Assembly (NCBI RefSeq): GCF_009914755.1
Contig: NC_060939.1
Reading direction: 5' to 3' (one strand)
Length of the DNA stretch: 64,000 bases
Source: the human T2T-CHM13v2.0 reference genome, Homo sapiens
Positions 61,300-64,000 of this stretch are shown piece by piece. The notes below the pieces were generated by a model, which did not search any database, was not told where the DNA came from, and saw only the letters and a list, made by a program, of their open reading frames with translations. The translations under genes and the position numbers were made by a program. The number at the start of each line of letters is the position of its first letter. The first letter of the stretch is position 1.

Positions 61300-61625
61300 A
61301 TCAATTTAGAAAGGAGATTTTATTTCTGAAAAAGGGTTGGAGCTGCAGGACGGCCATCTTAACAGGCTGGAAAGCAAAGCCTCCCACAGAGACTGTGAGC
61401 AGGCACTTCAAGAGAGGGAAAGACAAGAAATGAATTCATGCGAATGGATTGGCCAAGCGTACACACTCAGCAGGCTATAGAAGGACCTATTGATAGTCAC
61501 ATGACAGGCAGGCTCTCATGTGTAATAAGCAAACACAAACGTTACATGCATTTCATATTTGCTTTTGGGTGAGGACATGAGAACTAGATGAATTACAATC
61601 TGGCTCTGTACACGAAAACGGCTTT
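61300..61625 (-). mobile_element. Probable ERV1-class LTR fragment
   Basis: tttatttct...ggccatctt...ggattggccaagcgtacacactcagcagg pattern typical of antisense MER4-group LTRs; family not assigned. Confidence 0.4.
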
Positions 61626-62059
61626 GTGCAGGGGCAGAAAGACACACAGTGCACAGCCTCCGGAAATTGGCCAGGACAAGTCCATGGTCAGTCTCAGCTC
61701 TTTTTCCTCAACTTCAGTTCTACCTGGTTCCACTTCAGCACTGTGCCTGGAAACTCCCTTAAGGAAGCATCTGAGCGTGCATTCATCAGAGGACTCCTTT
61801 TGTTTATTTCCCACCTCTCAGCAATTACTGTCCTTGTTACCTGTTGTCACACATCATAAAATTGAATTTAAGAAATTTCACTATGTTTTACAAGTATTTC
61901 TGGTGGAAAGATACATCTGGTCTCTGTTGTTAAACCTAGTTTGAAAGTGATCATCTTGCACAAAAAATATTAGAATTAATTTTATGATGTTCACCAAGAT
62001 TTATCTTGGAATGTATACAAATATTCAACCTTAAATTTCAAGGTATCACAAAATTTTGT

Positions 62060-62350
62060 TACATATATATATATATACTCTATATGTAGTGTTTATTTTG
62101 TCTTACATATATATTAATTATACCAATAGAATTATATAGTGTTATTTTGTTTTATATATATATAAACACTATATATAGTGTTTGGTATATATATAGTGTT
62201 TATTATATATAATATATATAGTGTTTATTTTGTTATATATATAAACACTATATATAGTGTTTGGTATATATAGTGTTTATTTTATTATATATAATATATA
62301 TATAGTGTTTATTTTGTTATATATATATAAACACTATATATAGTGTTTGG
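62060..62350. repeat. AT-rich minisatellite (~80 bp period) with perfect 20-bp palindromes
   Basis: aaacactatatatagtgttt at 62164-62183, 62243-62262, 62329-62348. Confidence 0.9.
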
Positions 62351-62454
62351 TAGAATATCATACCTAATTTTAAAATATTCAAAATATCTATATCTGTCAC
62401 ATAAGTAAAGCACAAGCTCTACATTGCCCTAATAGAAGAGCTTCCTATTTGTCT

Positions 62455-64000
62455 TTCTCCCACAATGTCAGGGGATGAAAGCAGGTGGTCCCCACTGAGA
62501 GTACTTCCTGGATTAGATCCTTGGAATGTCAGTTTCCTGCCTGATCATCTCATTTTCATTCCTCAAATCAGAACATGAATTCCATCTTGAGTTAACTTCT
62601 CCTCCAGAGTATGAAAGCATCATTCCTGCTGCTTCTCCTCTAGGCTGATTCAACAGGATGTGCTTCATCTTTTGCACTGTGAAGATATTCTTTGGGGTCA
62701 AAAGCCCCTTCCTGGCTATCTGGTTGTCTGGCGATGCGCTCATTATTGTCCCTAGAACCTTCCTGTATCCTGGTCCCTGGAGTATGCTCTTGGCCTGGGG
62801 GTTCAGTTCCTTCCTGAAACATGATGTTTTGCTCAGCTCCAGCATGAGGCTGTAGAACTGGCTCAGTTCCTAATCCTGGAAGCTGGGAGGAGTTTTTCAG
62901 GTGGTAGTGGCACAGAGGGCAGGTCTCCTGGACATACAGCCATTTCTTAAGACAGCCTGCATGGAAAAAATGAACGCAAGGCGTGATCACAGCAGATTTC
63001 ATGTCCCAAACAGATTCTTATCGAAGGAGTTACCTGATAACAGATGGCACAAATATCATTGTGTTTCTCAAGCTGCTCTTTCGTAGCAATGGGTAACGAT
63101 TTAATCTTATTCACAGCATCCCTGTGGAGAAGAAAGCTCTTCCACCCCAGCTGGGCCTGAAGCCACACGTTATAGTAGGAATGAATGGATGATCATTGAG
63201 CCCATCACTGTCCATTCTCCAAAGATGGTCTCTGAGACGCAATAGGCCACCATACAGACGGCCGCAAGAAACTCCAGCAGGTGGTAAGTGCCATTCACAT
63301 AGTAGATGACATCATCCATGTTTTCCACCGGCTCTTTTCTGAATTCCTCAACCGTAAATCAGACATAAATAAAAAGTGTTCCCAGAACCTGAAGAGAGGT
63401 AAGAATGCTGCTGGAAATAATGATAAGAAGCCAAAAATCCAGGTGGAAAAACTGGCAAATCATATAAGCCATATGAGCAGGGAATACCAATAAAAATAAA
63501 CAAAGTCGCACAGCACGGAAGTGTTTCCACAAGCTCTTGTCTCTGGATGCTCCCAGTGCCAAAAAAATAGGATCTGCAATTTCTAACATAGACTGTAGGA
63601 TAGAAGCTGCAACAATGAAAAGGATAATACTGAGCAGGAATGCCCGATGAACAACCTGCAGTTCTATCAGCCCAGTCTGCACTGCCAGGATTAACAGCGT
63701 TACTCCTCCTGTCATGCCCCAATTCATGGCAGGATCATTCCTGAAAGCTCGATAACCCTGCAAGTAAAACTCGCAGAGTGTGAGAACACCCAAGGCAACA
63801 AAAGAAACCGTGAAGACCAAACCCAAAAGAGAGTAAGGAGTGCTGCAGCATTCTGCAATACTTGTCAGAAAAAGGAAAAGAAGCCTCTCACGTGATGCCG
63901 GCTGATCTCGAGTACTGAAATAGGAGTAAATCTGAAGAGCAAATAAGATGAGCCAGAAAACCATGAAAAGAACAGGGACTACCAGTTGATTCCACAAGGA
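62455..64000 (-). pseudogene. RNF145: Processed pseudogene of RNF145 (ER membrane RING-H2 E3 ligase), 5' part outside window; coding remnant 64000-62640
   Basis: Intronless WNQLVVPVLFMVFW...AECCSTPYSLLG...DICAICYQ...HFFHAGCLKKWLYVQETCPLC...DEAHPVESA stop; TGA at 63361-63359, 2-nt deletion near 63187, 28-nt insert 63033-63006. Symbol is that of the parent gene. Confidence 0.93.

Overview
Primate (almost certainly human) genomic DNA from a segmental-duplication mosaic of the chromosome 15q11-q13 type. Left to right: (1) a + strand GOLGA8-family golgin gene (GOLGA8C/D/E/F/G-like) lacking only its first exon, whose 18 visible exons splice into an uninterrupted 619-codon frame ending at 8579, with two dead GOLGA2-derived exons, an intronic 7SL pseudogene and a ~3.3 kb AT-rich insert forming its 3' UTR; (2) a dense Alu cluster, a ~1.5 kb CpG-rich array of ~5 x ~320 bp units and old L1/THE1 debris; (3) a - strand unprocessed SPATA31E1-like pseudogene (29280-35044); (4) L1s, an ERV1 (MER4-group/LTR8) provirus remnant, an orphan KRAB-A exon and old LTR/DNA-transposon relics; (5) the 3' part of a - strand processed RNF145 pseudogene running off the right edge. 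No new multi-gene system is evident. The most interesting signals are molecular fossils: a 28-nt GT-initiated insert inside the RNF145 retrocopy RING, compensating frameshifts creating a new peptide in GOLGA8, an insertion landing at the ancestral golgin stop codon, and a displaced SPATA31E1 N-terminal segment. Comparisons with parent genes and repeat families are from memory, not from database searches.
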